Below, in pieces: positions 60,416 to 64,000 of a stretch of DNA of 64,000 nt (positions are counted from its first letter, which is position 1; each line of letters begins with the position of its first letter). Both the position numbers and the translations under genes were made by a program. The DNA comes from Macrostomum lignano. Lineage: Eukaryota. The notes beneath the pieces were generated by a model. That model had not been told where the DNA came from and did no database searches. It saw only the letters and a list, made by a program, of their open reading frames with translations. Where the stretch lies: contig NIVC01004021.1 in assembly GCA_002269645.1 (NCBI GenBank), positions 119 to 64,118 of the forward strand, given 5' to 3'.

Positions 60416-61289
60416 CTTAATTGCTTTTACTTTTTTACTTACGTTTCAATCCAATTTACTTCCCAAGCCCTACAAGAATGCTCACCACTGTAAAAAAGTG
60501 CTGGGAAACTCTGCCTTTGCTCCTTTATTAATTATTAAATATGTGATGTCATTTCATATCATTAAATATTTTATGACTTTTTACAAGACTGCAAGCAATA
60601 TTAGTCTTGAAAAGGTGCTAATTTCACTCGTCAGCTGCTTGAGCCAAAACACAGATTTTGCATTTTGCATTGTCAATATTATTTGCGCATTCGCAAGTGT
60701 CGTTGCCGATTGATGTCTTGCCGTACTTTGTAATAATAATAAAAAGATTTGCTGAACAAAACACGTATCGCACATAATTTATGTTTTAAAGCGCTGCGTT
60801 GAAGCATTTTTATTTTATCATCTTTTTCACCTGGTAGATTATCTAAATAATGTAGTTATTATGTTTAAACAATCTCTCGATAGAGTTTAGTTGGCTATTT
60901 TGTAATCGTCATATACTACTTATAGCTCTCCGTTTATTTCATTAGAAATTCCATGTTTCATAGCATGCGAACGGAGTTTTTGGTATTAATAGTCCTACTG
61001 TGCTTATGAAAATGCTCATTTCTTATTGTTTATGCTTGTTTCTTTTTTCCCATTTTTACAGAAATTGTTTCTTTTCACCTATTTGTGTTCTTGTGACAGC
61101 GTTCGTTTTATTTAACTCGCCGTGTTGTTAGATTTTTTCAGTCAATAAAATGCAAGTGTCAGGCGCGCTTTGTACAAGAAGAAATGTCTGACATTTTCAA
61201 ACCTAGCATTAACTGCTGACTTCCATTCTTTTAATTTGTAGTGTTAAAAGCTGTGTATGAGTATGTATAGTTCCCATGGAAGTAAATAA

Positions 61290-61960
61290 ATGTCTATGGC
61301 AAATCTTGGCCATCCCATGGGGATAAATGAAAGCTGTCCATGTCTATGGCAAATCTTGGCCATTCATTTGGGTAAATGAGAGCTGTCAATGTCTATAGCA
61401 AATCTCGGCCATCCCATTGGATAACTGAGAGCTGTCAATGTCTATGGCAAATATTGGCCATCCCATAGGGTAACTGAGAGCTGTCAATGTCAATGGCAAA
61501 TATTGGCTATCCCATTGGGTAAATGAGAGCTGTCAATGTCTATGGCAAATATTGGCCATCCCATGGGGATAAATGAGAGCTGTCAATGTCTATGGCAAAT
61601 GTTGGCTATCCCATTGGGTAAATGAGAGTTGTCCAATCTTTATGGCAATTATTGGCTATCCCATTGGGTAAATGAGAGCTGTCAATGTCTATGGCAAATC
61701 TTGGCTATCCCATTGGGTAAATGAGATCTGTCAATGTCTATGGCAAAATTGGCCATCCCGTTGGGTAAAATGAGAGTTGTCAATCTTTATGGCAAATATT
61801 GGCTATCCCATTGGGTAAATGAGAGCTGTCAATGTCTATGGCAAAATTGGCCATCCCGTTGGGTAAAATGAGAGTTGTCAATCTTTATGGCAAATATTTG
61901 CTATCCCATTGGGTAAGTGAGAGCTGTCAATGTCTATGGCAAATATTGGCCATCCCATGG
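61290..61960. repeat. About 49-bp minisatellite (GGCAAATATTGGCTATCCCATTGGGTAAATGAGAGCTGTCAATGTCTAT)n
   Basis: About 13 diverged tandem copies. Confidence 0.9.
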
Positions 61961-62231
61961 ATGATGTTGTAGAAATATTTTTATCCTAGCCAATCTTATA
62001 TGCCAAAAATTGGCAATTAATTTTAACAATAAGTGGAACTCAGATGGGATGTCAGCTTAGTTTTGGAGTAATTGGGTTTGGCCGCCCGATATTATTATAA
62101 TTGACGTTTTTAGCTACCCTACTTGTAGTAGAAACACTAGAAAATGCCTGAGAGTAATATAAATATATAAAATAAATGTTATTTAAAATTTGTCACGCCA
62201 CAACAACTTGTTTGTCGGTGCCAGTCCGCAG

Positions 62232-63679
62232 ATGGCTGAGCTGCCCGGCCTGCTCATCCCCAAGCGGAGGCTTATTGTTGCCCGAATTCCTAGCCGAAGC
62301 TGGGCGCCATTTTCGCTTAGTGACAACTGACGAATTTGAGTCAGAGCCGCAGCGGCAGTGGCCGGAAATCTCGGCCGCTGTCATCTGCGTGGTGGCCAAT
62401 TATATTGATTGCCCGAAGTGCTGGATCGGCTGCCGAATTTGAAAATTGCAGCCAATCACGGCGTTGGAGTTGAGCACATCAATCAGGAGATGTTTAGGTG
62501 AGAAATACACCTCAATCTGTTTATAAATCAATTTATGGATATTTTCGCTCCTCTAATGCCTGATTTAAATACCTCTATGCTTGTTTTGGTGCCTAGTACC
62601 TGTTTTGGTGCCCTAATGCCTGTTTTGGTGCCCTAATGCCTGTTTTGGTGCCCTAATGCCTGTTTTGGTGCCCTAATACCTGTTTTGGTGCCTTTCATGC
62701 CTCTGCATTTGAAATGAGCATCTCTCGGTAGTGCATTTCCGCGAAATGTCAGCCTTCAAAAAAGATTTTCTTAGAAATCAAGTTTCCCGTCTAGGTCTAT
62801 CCCTGCATCCGTGAATTCTACTAGCCTGCTACTGATTCTCTCCTTGATAGTCCTGCTGCTACGGCACTGCCAGTTGTGTTTCCATCGTTTGTAAGAATTA
62901 GATAAATTCTCAAGAAAACTCTTATCTGCATTTTTATTTGCAGATCTCGCCGTATCCTAGTAACGCACACGCCCGGCGTTATAGCCGAGTCCACCGCCGA
63001 CGCCGCCCTGCTGCACATTCTGAACACGGCCCGCAGTCAGCGCCAGGTATTCGAACACATTCGCACCCCGGCCGGCCAGCAGCCCAGCTGGGGCGGTTCC
63101 GCTGTGCCGCTTGGCAACGACCTCGCCGGCGCCACCGTCGGCATCGTCGGCCTCGGCGCTATCGGCCGCTGCGTAGCACGCCGCTGCGGCCTGGGCTTCG
63201 GCTGCCGATTGTACTATTATCAGCGCCGCCGGGCCGAGCCGCAGCTCGAGTTGGAGCTCGGCGGCCAGCTGCAGTACTGCGCCAGCCTGGCCGACCTGCT
63301 GCCACGCTGCGATTTCGTAGTGCTGGCCTGTCCGCTCGGCCCGGACACGCGGCACATGATCAATGCCGACACTCTGCGGCTGATGCGGTCGACTGCGACC
63401 CTCATCAATGTGGCCCGCGGCGGCCTCGTCGACACGGAGGCTCTGCTGACTGCCCTACGCTCCGGCGTCATCGCCGCTGCCGGGCTGGACGTCACCGAGC
63501 CGGAGCCGCTGCCGGCCGAGCATCCGCTGCTGTCCGACAGCCGGTTGAACGTCTGGGTGACGCCGCACTTTGGCACGCATACGAGCCAGACTCGGCTGAG
63601 TATGCAGCGGCTCTGCTTGGACCAGATTCGCGACGCTTTGCGCGGACAAGTGCCACAGGCTGCCCTGTTTGAGCTATAG
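62232..63679 (+). CDS. Glyoxylate/hydroxypyruvate reductase-like D-2-hydroxyacid dehydrogenase; exon 1 frameshifted (pseudogene or assembly error)
   Basis: Exon 1 62232-62497 (MAELPGLLIP / SGG..RHFRLVT / EVLDRLPNLKIAANHGVGVEH, read across frameshifts). Exon 2 62944-63679 (VTHTPGVIAESTAD, DLAGATVGIVGLGAIG, TLINVARGGLVD, AGLDVTEPEPL, TPHFG). Catalytic Arg/Glu/His motifs are intact. Confidence 0.8.
62585..62700. repeat. Intronic 20-bp repeat (GCCTGTTTTGGTGCCCTAAT)n
   Basis: About 5 copies in the dehydrogenase intron. Confidence 0.85.
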
Positions 63680-63769
63680 GCATTGTTTATTGACGCGAGT
63701 GGTCAAGCCAATTTACCATAGAAACATACATTTTAGATTTCATGTAGCAACGGAATTTTTAACTTAAGA

Positions 63770-64000
63770 AACTGGGATGGTAGCTTAGCAACTGCGTTGG
63801 CGGGTTAGCAACTGTGTTGGTAGCTTAGCAACTGTGTTGGTAGCTTAGCAACTGGGATGGTAGCTTAGCAACTGGGATGGTAGCTTAGCAACTGGGATGG
63901 TAGCTTAGCAACTGCGTTGGCGGTTAGCAACTGGGTTGGTAGCTTAGCAACAGGGTTGGTAGCTTAGCAGCTGGGTTGGTAGCTTAGCAACTGGGATGGT
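63770..64000. repeat. 20-bp minisatellite (GGTAGCTTAGCAACTGGGAT)n running off the window end
   Basis: Tandem copies directly after the dehydrogenase 3' end. Confidence 0.9.

Overview
Eukaryotic (animal) genomic DNA with GC-rich exons, spliceosomal introns filled with minisatellites, and decayed DNA transposons. The style resembles a free-living flatworm such as Macrostomum; this is an inference only. Genes reconstructed by hand: an 18-exon thioester protein (TEP/alpha-2-macroglobulin/CD109 family, minus strand, about 1520 aa, intact GCGEQ), an intronless GT31 beta-1,3-glycosyltransferase (minus), beta-TrCP/slimb, MED17, an intronless divergent cyclin B, a low-complexity orphan gene whose apparent intron contains the cyclin, and a frameshifted glyoxylate-reductase-like 2-hydroxyacid dehydrogenase. 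Mobile DNA includes a Tc1/IS630-like element nested in a mariner remnant, a MULE-type MITE (9-bp TSD) and a hAT MITE (8-bp TSD). Most notable observations: two GC-AG introns and a C4A-like Asp at the catalytic position in the TEP; about 88 GATA-motif repeats upstream of the TEP; cyclin B nested in, or an alternative last exon of, another gene; and sharply bounded CpG-free blocks with CpG-deamination damage in transposases and a GPCR-like pseudogene. No prokaryotic features or CRISPR arrays are supported. Most ORFs in the supplied track are artefacts of tandem repeats or antisense GC-rich exons.
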